In this document: in pieces, positions 42,980-53,296 of the stretch
Position numbering within the stretch: position 1 is the first letter of the stretch
Layout: each line of letters opens with the position of its first letter
Origin: Dehalococcoidia bacterium
Lineage (GTDB): Bacteria; Chloroflexota; Dehalococcoidia; Lucifugimonadales; UBA3495
Assembly (NCBI GenBank): GCA_965203985.1
Contig: CBDBDS010000012.1
Location: forward strand, 211,907 to 275,906
Reading direction: 5' to 3'
DNA length: 64,000 nucleotides
Program-made: the position numbers and the translations under genes
Notes under the pieces: model-generated
Database searches by the model: none
What the model saw: only the letters and a program-made list of their open reading frames with translations
Told to the model about the DNA's origin: nothing

Positions 42980-44326
42980 CTAATTATCCGCGCCTCCGGG
43001 CGACGGTACAGGTGTTCCGGCCTCGGTACAGATCCATCTTCTGCGGGTGCTGACCGGAGGGTCGGGCCGCGTGGCGAACAGGAAAGCCACGGCGCTAACG
43101 ACGTATAACGGCGTGAACACCGCAAGCACCCAGTAGTAACTGCCCGTCCGGTCGAATACCAATCCGGACGCGTAAGGCGAAATGAACATCCCCACGTTCA
43201 TGAACAGGCTCATGAACCCCATGAGGGTCGCGAATCGCGCACGGCCGTAATAGTCGGACAGCATCAGCCAATTCACCGATGTGATCCCTTCAACGATGGC
43301 GATACCAACCACGAACAGAAGCAAGCCGATGACACCCGGGCCGATCCACAAACCGCCCATGCCAACGGCTCCGATCACCATGCCGATGGCGAGGAGCACG
43401 TTGCCGCGGAACCTGTCCGAAGTAACTCCCATGACGAACCGCAGGGGTATTCCCAGGAAGAACATGGCTGCCACCCAGGCCGATGCTTCGTTCTCTGAGA
43501 TACCACGCACCGCCATGATCGGAAACACGTGCACCAGCATCCCGTTGGTGACGGATACGCGCAATATTGCGCCCACCATGATCAGCCAATAGGTGCGCGT
43601 TGCGATCGCCTGGCGAAACGAAAAACTCACGTCGCCAGACCCCCGGGTGCCGCGCCCGTTGGATCCGGCTCCGACGCCCGTGTTCGTGGGGACGTCGCCA
43701 TCGGGCAACAGGCCCATATCCTCCGGACGACTGCGGATGAAAAACGCCGCCGGCAGAGTCGCAGCCACGATGAAAACGCCGGTCCATAAGAGCGTGTCCC
43801 TCCATCCGATCTGTTGAATACCCAGATTCAGGAGGAGAACCACAAACGCGCCGCCGCCGGCAAACGCCGTCATGAGCGTGGACATCGCCACAGAGCGCCG
43901 GCGTATGAACCATTGATTGACGGCCGCCATCAAGGTCTGGCCGAACCCCGCACTTTTCCCCAGCGATATGATGCCTGAAAACAGGACGAGGAGTTCCCAG
44001 TAACTGTCTGCCCGCGAAAGCAGGATGGTTCCGATTCCGGCCATCAAACCGCCGGCCAGAATCATCGGCCGCGCGCCATACCGGTCAACGGCCCAGCCGA
44101 CCAGGGGTCCTCCGGCGCTGCCTTCAGCCCGCGCGAGGCTGAAAACCAACGACATCTGCGCGGAGGTTAGACCTAATTCGGTCCGGATGGGTACAAAAAA
44201 TCTCGGGAACCCCTGGGATATGGACCCGTTCCCGAACATGCCCAACAATGAGGAAACGACGACAACCCACCATCCATAAAAGATACGGGGTTGTCGCCGT
44301 CCGATGTCGGTTTCAGTTTCCGTCAC
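42980..44326 (-). CDS. MFS transporter
   Basis: About 12 TM helices. The DRYGARP loop motif is present. Confidence 0.8.
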   Translation of the reverse strand: MTETETDIGRRQPRIFYGWWVVVVSSLLGMFGNGSISQGFPRFFVPIRTELGLTSAQMSLVFSLARAEGSAGGPLVGWAVDRYGARPMILAGGLMAGIGTILLSRADSYWELLVLFSGIISLGKSAGFGQTLMAAVNQWFIRRRSVAMSTLMTAFAGGGAFVVLLLNLGIQQIGWRDTLLWTGVFIVAATLPAAFFIRSRPEDMGLLPDGDVPTNTGVGAGSNGRGTRGSGDVSFSFRQAIATRTYWLIMVGAILRVSVTNGMLVHVFPIMAVRGISENEASAWVAAMFFLGIPLRFVMGVTSDRFRGNVLLAIGMVIGAVGMGGLWIGPGVIGLLLFVVGIAIVEGITSVNWLMLSDYYGRARFATLMGFMSLFMNVGMFISPYASGLVFDRTGSYYWVLAVFTPLYVVSAVAFLFATRPDPPVSTRRRWICTEAGTPVPSPGGADN

Positions 44327-44407
44327 GTCACGTTTTTATGCTTATGCGTTCGTAGTGCACTCTAACCAGAGCCAAATGTGATTTATCCTCCGGTATCCAC
44401 GTGCCTA

Positions 44408-44761
44408 TCAGCCCTCGGGGACGAACCACGGCTGGGCGGCCGCTTCGTCGGGCCACAGAAATTCGAACCCATTCCGCAGCGCATTCTGACGATCCAGGTC
44501 TTCCCGGTCGCCAATGTGGTAATAGGCTTCGGCGTCGAACCCAGATTTGACGTCCGACAGCAAGTGCTTAGCGACCGCGAAGTCCACGCTGATGTCGTGC
44601 TCTTCCCACATGGAGCGCTGGCTACTGGGCGGTCGGTCGGAACAACTCCCGATGAGGAAACCCTTGTCCTGGACGATCTTAACCATCTCCATGGTCAGTG
44701 GTCCCGGCGGGTCTCCCACTTCCAGCGTGCCGTCGATGTCAAAGCTGATGAGAATAGCCAT
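44408..44761 (-). CDS. Small HAD-superfamily hydrolase
   Basis: Motif I FDIDGTL and motif II GSCSD. ATG 44761 has a GGAG RBS. The ORF-track N-terminal extension is not supported. Confidence 0.65.
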   Translation of the reverse strand: MAILISFDIDGTLEVGDPPGPLTMEMVKIVQDKGFLIGSCSDRPPSSQRSMWEEHDISVDFAVAKHLLSDVKSGFDAEAYYHIGDREDLDRQNALRNGFEFLWPDEAAAQPWFVPEG

Positions 44762-44862
44762 GTGTCTCCTCTGGTGATTTGCCCGACGCCCGTACCCGAA
44801 AATTGGGCGACCCCGTGAGGTCGCCCCGAGCGACGATGTTACCCAAAGCCGGAAGGTGCGAT

Positions 44863-46194
44863 CTAATCCGGCGTGGCGCTCCAGACGGTGAAGTTTCCGC
44901 CCAAGGGCATTGGCCCCCCGGAAACTGCAATTTCCGGCTTTACTCCGGTCAGTGACCGTGCGCCGGCCCGGCCTTGGATTTGCTGCATGCAATCGGTGTG
45001 CATCCAGAACCGGCTCCTGCCGCTGCCGATGTTGCCGCCGCTGGCCAGAATGGGGTTCGGCCCCTCGATGCTGATATCGGTCTGGTAGAAATCGAGCGCG
45101 TCGCCGGGCTGCATCCCGCGATAGCGCAGACCTTCGATGTGGAACTGGTGGAACTGGGCGAAACCGTCGTACATGTTCTCGAACGAGAGATCGTCGGCGG
45201 TGATACCGGCCCCCTCGTAGATCTTCCTACCGGTGGTGGCGGTTTCGGTTTCCACCTCTTCAAGGGTCGGGGTGATACTGCGGGCGACGCCCCGGCTGGA
45301 GGCATGGTTCAGGATGTACACGGGCTTTTGCGCCATGTCCTGGGCCCGGTCCGCGGTGGTGAACAGGTAGGCTGCGGCAACCATGATCGGAATGTCGTTG
45401 TCGAACAGGTTCGCCGGCTTGGCGATCCAGCGCGAGGACAGGTAATCCTCGGGGGTCAACTGTTCGGGCCGGTGCTGTGCCCAGTAGCCTTCGGGGAAGA
45501 GCAAGCCGTTGCGCCTCGAGTTCTGCATGAAAGGCGCCATCATGTCATGATGCTTGCCGTACTTGGTGCAGTATTGCGCGAACTGCAGGGCGGTGCCGTA
45601 ACAGCCGGGAGCGCCCCACAGCGTGCGGCCCGGGCTGATGGCGAAGGTGCCGGGGACTTCGTCGGCGGCGCTGATGCCCCCGTGGTTATAGCGACCTTCC
45701 AGGTTGTGCCAGCCTTTCAGCACGAGACAGTTGCTGGCGAGGCCGTCACCCACCGCTTGCGCGGCAACCACAATTGCCGCAGACATGCAGCCGGGCGCGT
45801 ACATGGTGAACTTGACGTTAGTCAGTTCCGGCATATTCTTCAGGAGCCATTCCGCGCTGAGCTGCCCTACGCCATCCAGAGGATCGTCCGTGGGATTGAA
45901 GGCGTTGACCACGTCCATGGGCACGGGTTGATCCGCCGGCCAATGGGCGCCCGTGGTGGTCACCGGCACCAGAACCAGGCCGTCAACCTGGTCCGGGGCA
46001 ACGCCGGCATCGGCTATCGCCGTGCGCAAAGCCTGGATGCTTAAGGCTCCCACCGACGTTTCGGCCCGGCCATCCCAACGGCGGGCGGTGGGAGAGTGTC
46101 CAATACCCACGGCGGCTACCTTGCCCCGGTGTTCCCAAATTCCCAAGCCTTCGGTGGAGCGATACATAGATTCGGGAGCCATCTGGGTGGTCAT
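44863..46194 (-). CDS. Thiolase-like (SCP-x/DitF-type) acyltransferase
   Basis: Thiolase-fold length and pattern (active-site region YAPGCMSAA). It is paired with an upstream DUF35 OB-fold gene, as in known thiolase/DUF35 pairs. Confidence 0.75.
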   Translation of the reverse strand: MTTQMAPESMYRSTEGLGIWEHRGKVAAVGIGHSPTARRWDGRAETSVGALSIQALRTAIADAGVAPDQVDGLVLVPVTTTGAHWPADQPVPMDVVNAFNPTDDPLDGVGQLSAEWLLKNMPELTNVKFTMYAPGCMSAAIVVAAQAVGDGLASNCLVLKGWHNLEGRYNHGGISAADEVPGTFAISPGRTLWGAPGCYGTALQFAQYCTKYGKHHDMMAPFMQNSRRNGLLFPEGYWAQHRPEQLTPEDYLSSRWIAKPANLFDNDIPIMVAAAYLFTTADRAQDMAQKPVYILNHASSRGVARSITPTLEEVETETATTGRKIYEGAGITADDLSFENMYDGFAQFHQFHIEGLRYRGMQPGDALDFYQTDISIEGPNPILASGGNIGSGRSRFWMHTDCMQQIQGRAGARSLTGVKPEIAVSGGPMPLGGNFTVWSATPD

Positions 46195-46278
46195 AACAAA
46201 CTCCTTGAGAATGCCGCGGCAGTCCCGACGCCAAGGTCGGGCCGCCTGGTTTTGTTTGGTGGGACGGTTTCGGGGGCG

Positions 46279-46689
46279 TCAGGACACAATTTCCCATTCC
46301 GGGACTTTTTGGCCGTTGGCCGTGGCTTCAAATATCACCCGCACGCTGGCGCCCACCGGGACTTCATCCGGCGCGGTTCCCGGCAGATGTGAATACATCA
46401 ATATGCCGGGGTCCTCGTCCAGCATGATGACTGCCAAGTTGAAAGGGATGTCCTCTTTGAGGCTCGCCACCGGGCAGTCATACACTACGCAGTAGTTGTA
46501 GATTTTGCCTCGGCCGCTCATTTCCCTCCATTCCAGGTCTTCGGGCGAACAGCCTAATTCGGAGGCGGTCCGGGGCGGAAAGTACAAACGATCAGATCCC
46601 TTGCGAGCCTGGACTACAAGTCGTCCTTCGTTAGCGGCCTCGAAGAATGGCCTGGTCAAATCGTCGGGTACCACACCCTGCTTAACCAT
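46279..46689 (-). CDS. DUF35 OB-fold protein (thiolase partner), Zn-ribbon cysteines mostly absent
   Basis: PFFEAANEGRLVVQ...YFPPR...GRGKIYNYCVVY...AVIMLDE... fits the DUF35 pattern. The start is set at MVKQG (46689). Confidence 0.7.
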   Translation of the reverse strand: MVKQGVVPDDLTRPFFEAANEGRLVVQARKGSDRLYFPPRTASELGCSPEDLEWREMSGRGKIYNYCVVYDCPVASLKEDIPFNLAVIMLDEDPGILMYSHLPGTAPDEVPVGASVRVIFEATANGQKVPEWEIVS

Positions 46690-46939
46690 ATCTCTCCTCA
46701 CATGATGCGGACTTCCCCGCGCTGAAGCCGGGAAACCGATCAAACAGATGGGAATTTCGTACGGCAAAGAATATGCGGCAATCGCGCGCGATGTCAAGCA
46801 GAGCACCGCGCTGCGCCTTCTTCCCAGCGCCAGCCCGGCGGAGCGCGATAGGCCACTTAAATCCGCACTCGCTCCGACCCTTCACCATGGCTTGACCCTG
46901 ATGTCGCTGCCATGAGGCTGACGACCAGCGTAGGCCAAA

Positions 46940-48784
46940 TCAGGGGCGCACGGTGGTGGTCACCAAACCCGGATTGGGAGGAATCGTGACCCCAGACGGG
47001 ACTACGACCGCAAACTTGACCGGGAAACTGATTACGCCGCGTTCCGTCTTGGCATGTGGTGAGATTTCCTGTACTTGAGCTTCTAACTCGACATCGGGTA
47101 AAGCTGCCACCGTCACCGACCCGGGCGTGCCGACCTCGATGCGCTCTACATTGTTGGCTTCGACCAGCCCTTGGATGGAGATCTTCGTCGGGTCGACTAG
47201 CTGGATCACCCGAGCGTCCACGGTAATGACGTCGCCTTCTTTCACGGTCACCAGCCGTACCATGCCCGAGAAGGGCGCACGTAGGTACGAGTCTTCCAGA
47301 TCTTCTACGATCTCGTCGTAATCGGATTTCGCTTCGTTGAGATTGGCTCGCGCCAGCGCGACCGCCGCAGTATCCGGCCCGGCAGCGAGTTCGTCTCGGG
47401 CCTCGCCGGCGGTAACGATTTGTTGGTTCAGATCTGCGAGCACTGCCTGGTCGATACCCTCTTCGAGCCGGGCCAATTTTGACTCAGCCGCTTCAAGCGT
47501 GAGACGAGCGCTTGTTGCACCGGCTTCCAAACTCGCGAGTTTCAGTTGATCGATCCCCTGCTCCAACTCGGCCAAGTCTCGCTCAGCTCGTTCAAGCGTT
47601 TCGCGCGCAACCAGCACATTGGCTTCGAGGCGGTCCAATTCAGTTTGGTCGGGTCCGACCAATTCTTCGCGCAGTTTCCGGTTCAGCCTTTCCAGCTCCA
47701 ACGTCAGCCTGGCGACGTCGGCCTGGACACCGGCACGATCGAATTCTTTGGGCCCAGCTTCCAAATCGGTCAGTTCTGTCCGCCAGAATTCAACATCCCT
47801 CTTGGCCGAGTCCACCGTGGCCTGTAGGGCTTCAAACTTCACCACGTCAAAATTTCGGCCGTCATCCAGGTTCAGAAACTGTCCCTCGATTACCATCACG
47901 TGAAACTCATCAAACGCGTCCTCTGCTGTTTCCAGGTTGGACTCCGCATCGGCCAATCGCACCCGCGCCATTGCCAAACGCTGGGCGTGGTCGACGTCGA
48001 AGTCTCGCAGCGCATCCTGCGCTTGGTCCAGGTCATTTTCGACCTTGGCTATCTGAGTTTCGAGCGTGGCAACCGCTTCGTTGTGCAGGGGAAGAAAATC
48101 GCTGACCGCGTCTTGAGCGTTATTCAATTTCGCACGAGCTTCCGAGCGTCGCGCCAACGCAGCAACAAAGTTTTCCCCGTGCATGTCGGCAAAATCGGAT
48201 ACGGCGTCCTCTGCCTGGTCCAGTGCAAACTTGGCGTCGGCAACCGCTTTGCGCCCGGCGCCAAGATCGACGTCGTACTGGAGGAGGTAATCCTCCAGCT
48301 CGTCCTCGGCCATCTGCAATCGCAACTCCGCCTTGGTGAGGTTGCCCTCTGCCTGCGCTCGGATCAGCGGGTCCGATGACTCCAGGCCCAGTACCCGGTC
48401 CAGTTCGTCCTGGAGTTTATCGATTTGGTAGAGGCCCTGCGACTCGGCGTACCGTAAATCTCGGATGGTTTCAGAATCTACAGTAGCCAGCACGTCTCCG
48501 GAAGAGACCATGTCACCGACGGCGACGTTTACTTCTCCCACCTCACCGGAGATTTCAAACGCCAAGTCAGCGGTTTCCCTAAAGACCAACTGGCTGGGCA
48601 CGTCGAATCCTCGGGCTTCGACCGGGGTGGATGCACGGGCCGCAGGGCCCCCGGGCGGCGCGGCCGTCGCATCGGAAGACTGCCCGCACGCCGCGAAAAC
48701 CAGGGCAAACGCTCCCAGCGCCAACATCAAGGAGATCGCCCGGCGGCGGGCTAATGACTGGGAACAACGTCTGATCAAACGCAA
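46940..48784 (-). CDS. Efflux RND periplasmic adaptor (membrane fusion protein) with a very long coiled-coil hairpin
   Basis: Lipobox-like signal (...ALVFAACG). Barrel-sandwich and beta-barrel motifs (GDVLATVD; YLRAPFSGMV; GLVEANNVERIEVG). About 330 aa of heptad-like E/L/A/D-rich sequence lie in between. Confidence 0.75.
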   Translation of the reverse strand: MRLIRRCSQSLARRRAISLMLALGAFALVFAACGQSSDATAAPPGGPAARASTPVEARGFDVPSQLVFRETADLAFEISGEVGEVNVAVGDMVSSGDVLATVDSETIRDLRYAESQGLYQIDKLQDELDRVLGLESSDPLIRAQAEGNLTKAELRLQMAEDELEDYLLQYDVDLGAGRKAVADAKFALDQAEDAVSDFADMHGENFVAALARRSEARAKLNNAQDAVSDFLPLHNEAVATLETQIAKVENDLDQAQDALRDFDVDHAQRLAMARVRLADAESNLETAEDAFDEFHVMVIEGQFLNLDDGRNFDVVKFEALQATVDSAKRDVEFWRTELTDLEAGPKEFDRAGVQADVARLTLELERLNRKLREELVGPDQTELDRLEANVLVARETLERAERDLAELEQGIDQLKLASLEAGATSARLTLEAAESKLARLEEGIDQAVLADLNQQIVTAGEARDELAAGPDTAAVALARANLNEAKSDYDEIVEDLEDSYLRAPFSGMVRLVTVKEGDVITVDARVIQLVDPTKISIQGLVEANNVERIEVGTPGSVTVAALPDVELEAQVQEISPHAKTERGVISFPVKFAVVVPSGVTIPPNPGLVTTTVRP

Positions 48785-48829
48785 TGGATTACCTCCGCGG
48801 GCAGCGTTGGTTTCTGGATGGAGATGAGC

Positions 48830-51800
48830 TTACGACCCGTCCGCCTGGGCGACGGGTCGACGCGTCAATCGTCGGACCGCGGACGACCAGGCTCCGGGTA
48901 TGGCGTCGTGCAACAGCACGTAGGTCACCGGCACTGCGACCAACGTGAGGAATGTCGAGCTGATCAGACCGCCGATTACCACCGTGGCCAATTCCGCGCC
49001 TACCAATCCACTGGTATCGCTGAACGCCAGGGGGAACAGGGCGAGTATGGTGGTAAAAGCGGTCATCAAGATTGGGCGCAATCGTGTGCGGCCCGCAAGG
49101 ATCATGGCGTCAAGGGCTCCAAGTCCCTGTGACCGCAGTTGAGCAACAAAAGTAATCAGCACAATGGCGTTAGTCACCACGATTCCGATGAGGAAAAGGA
49201 ACCCCATTAACGCCGGCAAACTCAAAGCGCGCCCGGTGATGGTCAACGCGATCAGCGCTCCCACCACCGCCAGCGGCATGCTCAGCACCACAATGAAAGG
49301 ATCGCGCAGGGAACCGAGGGTCGCCACCATAACCAGGTATACCAGGGCGAGGCCAATCATCATGGCCAGGTACACGTTGGTGAACTGCTCCTGGATATCG
49401 CTCGCGAAACCTCCCTGGCGGATCTCCACTCCGGCCGGCAGGTCTGAGTTCTCGATGATTTGATCGATGCGTGCGCTGATGGCTTGCGGATCGTTGCCCA
49501 GGAATTCTCCCGTGATCGTAACGGAACGGTCACCGTCGTAATGGGTGACGAGTGACGGTCCTACAGTGGTCCTGGCGTCGGCAATCGAACCGAGGGAGGC
49601 CGCGCCCAAGGGCCCGACGATGGTCAGGTTCTGCAGCTCCGCCAGCTCGTCGACGCCATCTGCCGGGCCGCGCACTACCACGTCGTAGGTATCCCCGAGG
49701 AGGCTGACGTTGGCCGCGTCAACGCCGTACACCCAGGTTCGAACCTGTCCCGCGACCGCGGCGGCGGTGAGCCCGTAGCGCCTCGCTTCGGAGGCGTCGA
49801 CCTCAAACGTCAACTCTTCGCTTTCGTCGCTCAAGTTTGTCTTCAGGTTGACGACGCCTTCCAATGGTCGGATGCGATTCACCAAATCCTGCGCCACCCG
49901 ACGCACCCGACTGAAGTCGCTACCTGTAACCGCTATTTCGATGCCGGCCTGTGGGGGACCCGCTGAGTCAACGAACAACTGAACTTCCACGTCATCCTTT
50001 TGCGGTAGCTCCGCACGCAACCGCTTGTCGAAATCTGCCGGAGCCGTGTCCGATAGGGCGATGAAAAACCCGGCCACGTCGTAACCAGTCTCGCCCAATC
50101 CTGGGCCGAAATCCTGGCTGGTTGAACCCAAAGTGGCCTGGAATGAAGTGATTTCCCCGGTGACCACGTAACGGTCGAGGATAGCTTCGACTTCCCTGAC
50201 TTCACGATGGATCGCCGTTGGCCCGGTATTTTCGGGCATGGTGATGTCTATCCTCATGGACTCCGCTTCGCCTGAAGAAAACAACGTGATCGGCAGTACG
50301 GCGATCAGCGGAAGCGTGGCGCCCACCGCCCCGATACAGCCCAGTACGGTCAGGAGCGGATGCCTGAGCGCCCAGGTCAATATTGGAGTGTAAATGCGCT
50401 GCAACCAGGTGTCTCGCGAAACGGAATCATCCTCGTCCGCCATATCTCCGGCGCGGAGCAGCAACGAGGCAAGTACGGGTACGGCCGTCAGCGCAATGAA
50501 CGTCGACGCCAGCAGTGAGGTACACACGGTCTGTGCGAACGGAAGAAAGAACTCGCCTACGATTCCGGGAATGAATCCCAAAGGAAGGAACACCGCCACG
50601 GTGGTTAGAGTAGAAGCGAGAATAGCGGGTCCGACCTCGCGTGTGCCGCGGATGGCTGCGGTCAACCCGGGGTCGTCACCCAGCGGCGTCAGGCGATACG
50701 CGGTGAACTCCGGGCCCTGCATCGGGTAACGAGTGGCTCCGGCCTGAACATGGCGGTAGATGTTTTCCAGGACGACGATGCTGTCATCGACGATGCGCCC
50801 GACGGCGATAGCCAAGCCGGCCAGGCTCATAAAATTGAGCGTCCAATCCATCGCCGCCATGACCAGTATGGTGGTCATGATGCTGAGCGGTATAGAAATC
50901 GCGATGATCACCGTGGGTCGGAGGGTTTGCAATATTCCCCTGATAACCGTCGGCCGCAGTTGGAGCAGGAAAAGGAAGATGGCGATCACCGCGATGATGA
51001 AGCCCAACCCGCCCTGACCGACCACGTTGGTGAGCTGCTCTTCAAGTTCAGGACCGTCGTTATAAAGCACGTCGACGCTCACGTCCTCCGGAAGCTCCAG
51101 GTTTTGAATGATGCCCAGCAACTCCCTGGTCACGTCAATCGTGTTTCCGTCCGGCAACTGCAACACCTGAAGTGAGATGCTGGGATGGCCGTTTGTGCGC
51201 GACACCGTTGCGGCTCGCGGAGTGTCCACTTGAACCGTTGCTACGTCGGTCAGCATGATCGGGGTGCCGCCGTCTTCGTTTAGAGGCGTGCCCACTGAGT
51301 TGAAGGTAGCGCGCCGATAATCGACTGGCAGATCACGTATGGAATCGAGATCGCCGTAACCTCGGTAGGTCCGCACGCCTAACGAGCGGTCGCCGTTATC
51401 CAAAGAGCCGGCATTGAGGTCAACCGAATTCCCGGATACCGCATTTACGACATCCTGGATGGCGAGCCCGTGTTCGTCGCTGCGGGACGGGTCAACTATC
51501 ACCGAAACGCGCTCTTCGACTCCGCCCTCCACGTTCACGTCATATACGCCGTCAACAGCTTCGAGGCGCGGGAGAATTTCGTCGTCCACGATACGTTGCA
51601 GTGCCGGAATGTCTCGTTCCCCGCTAACGCTCAGCCACATGATGGGGAAAATATCCGAGGTCAGCCGCAGGACGAACGGGTCGCCGGCCTCTTCACGTAG
51701 CTGCAGGCCGTTCACCCGGCTGCGGATTTCTTCCTCCACCGATTCCACGTCCGCGCCGGCCGCAAAGTTCGCTGTCACCAGCGACACGCTGGAAGTGGAA

Positions 51801-52051
51801 ATTGACGTGGTCTTCTCCAAGTCCGGCAGGCCGGAGATCGCGTCTTCCACCTTCGCGGTCACGTCCGTGGCGACGGTGTTGGGGTCCCCCTGCTGATAAG
51901 AGGTAGCCACGTAAATGATCGAGAAGCTGATTTCGGGAAAGAGTTCCTGCTGGATCTGGCTGTAAGAAAATACGCCGGCACCCAAAAGCAGGATCATTGC
52001 CATAATGGTTACCGGCTTACGGCGGAGGGCTAACGAGGTCAGGAAAGTCAA
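48830..52051 (-). CDS. Efflux RND transporter permease (AcrB/AcrD/AcrF family)
   Basis: A 1073-aa protein with 12-TM architecture and two large periplasmic loops. The typical N-terminus (...RRKPVTIMAMILLLGAG...) is present. Confidence 0.9.
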   Translation of the reverse strand: MTFLTSLALRRKPVTIMAMILLLGAGVFSYSQIQQELFPEISFSIIYVATSYQQGDPNTVATDVTAKVEDAISGLPDLEKTTSISTSSVSLVTANFAAGADVESVEEEIRSRVNGLQLREEAGDPFVLRLTSDIFPIMWLSVSGERDIPALQRIVDDEILPRLEAVDGVYDVNVEGGVEERVSVIVDPSRSDEHGLAIQDVVNAVSGNSVDLNAGSLDNGDRSLGVRTYRGYGDLDSIRDLPVDYRRATFNSVGTPLNEDGGTPIMLTDVATVQVDTPRAATVSRTNGHPSISLQVLQLPDGNTIDVTRELLGIIQNLELPEDVSVDVLYNDGPELEEQLTNVVGQGGLGFIIAVIAIFLFLLQLRPTVIRGILQTLRPTVIIAISIPLSIMTTILVMAAMDWTLNFMSLAGLAIAVGRIVDDSIVVLENIYRHVQAGATRYPMQGPEFTAYRLTPLGDDPGLTAAIRGTREVGPAILASTLTTVAVFLPLGFIPGIVGEFFLPFAQTVCTSLLASTFIALTAVPVLASLLLRAGDMADEDDSVSRDTWLQRIYTPILTWALRHPLLTVLGCIGAVGATLPLIAVLPITLFSSGEAESMRIDITMPENTGPTAIHREVREVEAILDRYVVTGEITSFQATLGSTSQDFGPGLGETGYDVAGFFIALSDTAPADFDKRLRAELPQKDDVEVQLFVDSAGPPQAGIEIAVTGSDFSRVRRVAQDLVNRIRPLEGVVNLKTNLSDESEELTFEVDASEARRYGLTAAAVAGQVRTWVYGVDAANVSLLGDTYDVVVRGPADGVDELAELQNLTIVGPLGAASLGSIADARTTVGPSLVTHYDGDRSVTITGEFLGNDPQAISARIDQIIENSDLPAGVEIRQGGFASDIQEQFTNVYLAMMIGLALVYLVMVATLGSLRDPFIVVLSMPLAVVGALIALTITGRALSLPALMGFLFLIGIVVTNAIVLITFVAQLRSQGLGALDAMILAGRTRLRPILMTAFTTILALFPLAFSDTSGLVGAELATVVIGGLISSTFLTLVAVPVTYVLLHDAIPGAWSSAVRRLTRRPVAQADGS

Positions 52052-52239
52052 AATCGCTCCGCGTACGAACAGGTGAAATTATGCGCCGTCTGCTACGAGG
52101 GTCGGGCGATCAGCGCATGATGCCGGCCTAGAATCATACCAGACGTGTCTCAGCGCTACGGTGGGAACTAACGCCGCGCCGTTGCCCGCCGTTCCCCCCG
52201 TGTGTACACTTCCGGGAGTTTTGATTCGAGGAGCGCGAC

Positions 52240-53286
52240 ATGAAATTCGCCTTGTTTTCGCACATACCGTGGCCTGAGGGGAATACGCCGAAAGCCCTCT
52301 TTGCGGATTTGTTGGAGCAGGCCGTGGTGGGTGAGGAACTGGGTTTCAATGCCATTTGGTTGGCCGAACACCATTTCACGCGGTATGGTCTTGGGGCTTC
52401 GTCGCTGGTGGTCGCAAGCAACATTGCGGCGAGGACCGGCACGATTAGATTGGGGACTGCGGTCCTGATACCGCCCTTGCATCACCCGGTTCGGCTGGCT
52501 GAAGACACGGCTACGCTCGACGTGCTCAGCGACGGACGGCTGGACGTTGGGTTTGGCCGGGGCGCATCGGGCACGGAGTACGGTAATTTCGGCATCGACC
52601 ACGGCGAGAGCCAGGCGCGCTACCGCGAGTCCATCGAGATGGTGGAAACTCTATGGACTACTCCCGACTGCACTTTCCGGGGAAACTACTATGCCACCGA
52701 GCGCCTCAACCTGGTGCCAACTCCGTTGCAACGGCCCCATCCGCCGGTCTACGTCGCGGCGACGCGCAGCGCCGAGTCGTTGGAGTTTGTATCTTCCACG
52801 GGGCGCCGACTGATCATCGGGGTTGTCCTCAATACGGACGATGCACTGGATTTGCTGCAGCGCTTCCTGGCGCAGGCTCAAGCCAGCGGGCACGCGGCTA
52901 CTCCGTCCGAGGTACCTTTCTTTCGCTACTTCTATGTGGCGGACACCGAAGAGCAAGCTCATCGCGACGCGCGAGAGGCACTGAACTGGACACTGGACAT
53001 CAACACCTGGAGACGCGAATTTTCGGTCGGGAGCGAAGTGTACGAAAGCATTGACGACTACCGCAAACGCCGTACTGAATTACCGCCGTCGTACGAATAT
53101 CTCGCCGAGCACCGTGCTTTCATCGGCACTCCAGACCAGTGCGCCGCGAAGATTCAGATCCTCCACGACGCCGGGGTCCGCTACTTCGGCTGCAATTTCG
53201 CCTTCGGCGGGCTGGAACAGAAGAAACAACTGCGATCAATGGAGTTGTTCGCGCGAGAAGTGATGCCTCGCTTCTCCGACCTGTAA
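52240..53286 (+). CDS. LLM-class flavin-dependent oxidoreductase
   Basis: MKFALFSHIPWP..., EELGFNAIWLAEHHFTRYG, PLHHPVRLAEDTATLDVLSDGRLDVGFGRG. Confidence 0.8.
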   Translation: MKFALFSHIPWPEGNTPKALFADLLEQAVVGEELGFNAIWLAEHHFTRYGLGASSLVVASNIAARTGTIRLGTAVLIPPLHHPVRLAEDTATLDVLSDGRLDVGFGRGASGTEYGNFGIDHGESQARYRESIEMVETLWTTPDCTFRGNYYATERLNLVPTPLQRPHPPVYVAATRSAESLEFVSSTGRRLIIGVVLNTDDALDLLQRFLAQAQASGHAATPSEVPFFRYFYVADTEEQAHRDAREALNWTLDINTWRREFSVGSEVYESIDDYRKRRTELPPSYEYLAEHRAFIGTPDQCAAKIQILHDAGVRYFGCNFAFGGLEQKKQLRSMELFAREVMPRFSDL

Positions 53287-53296
53287 GCGGCGGGCG

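Noticed and set aside
46279-46689. A DUF35 protein lacking the four Zn-ribbon cysteines.
   Set aside because: Degenerate Zn-ribbons are known within this family. This is noted in the feature table, but I do not consider it a distinct finding.
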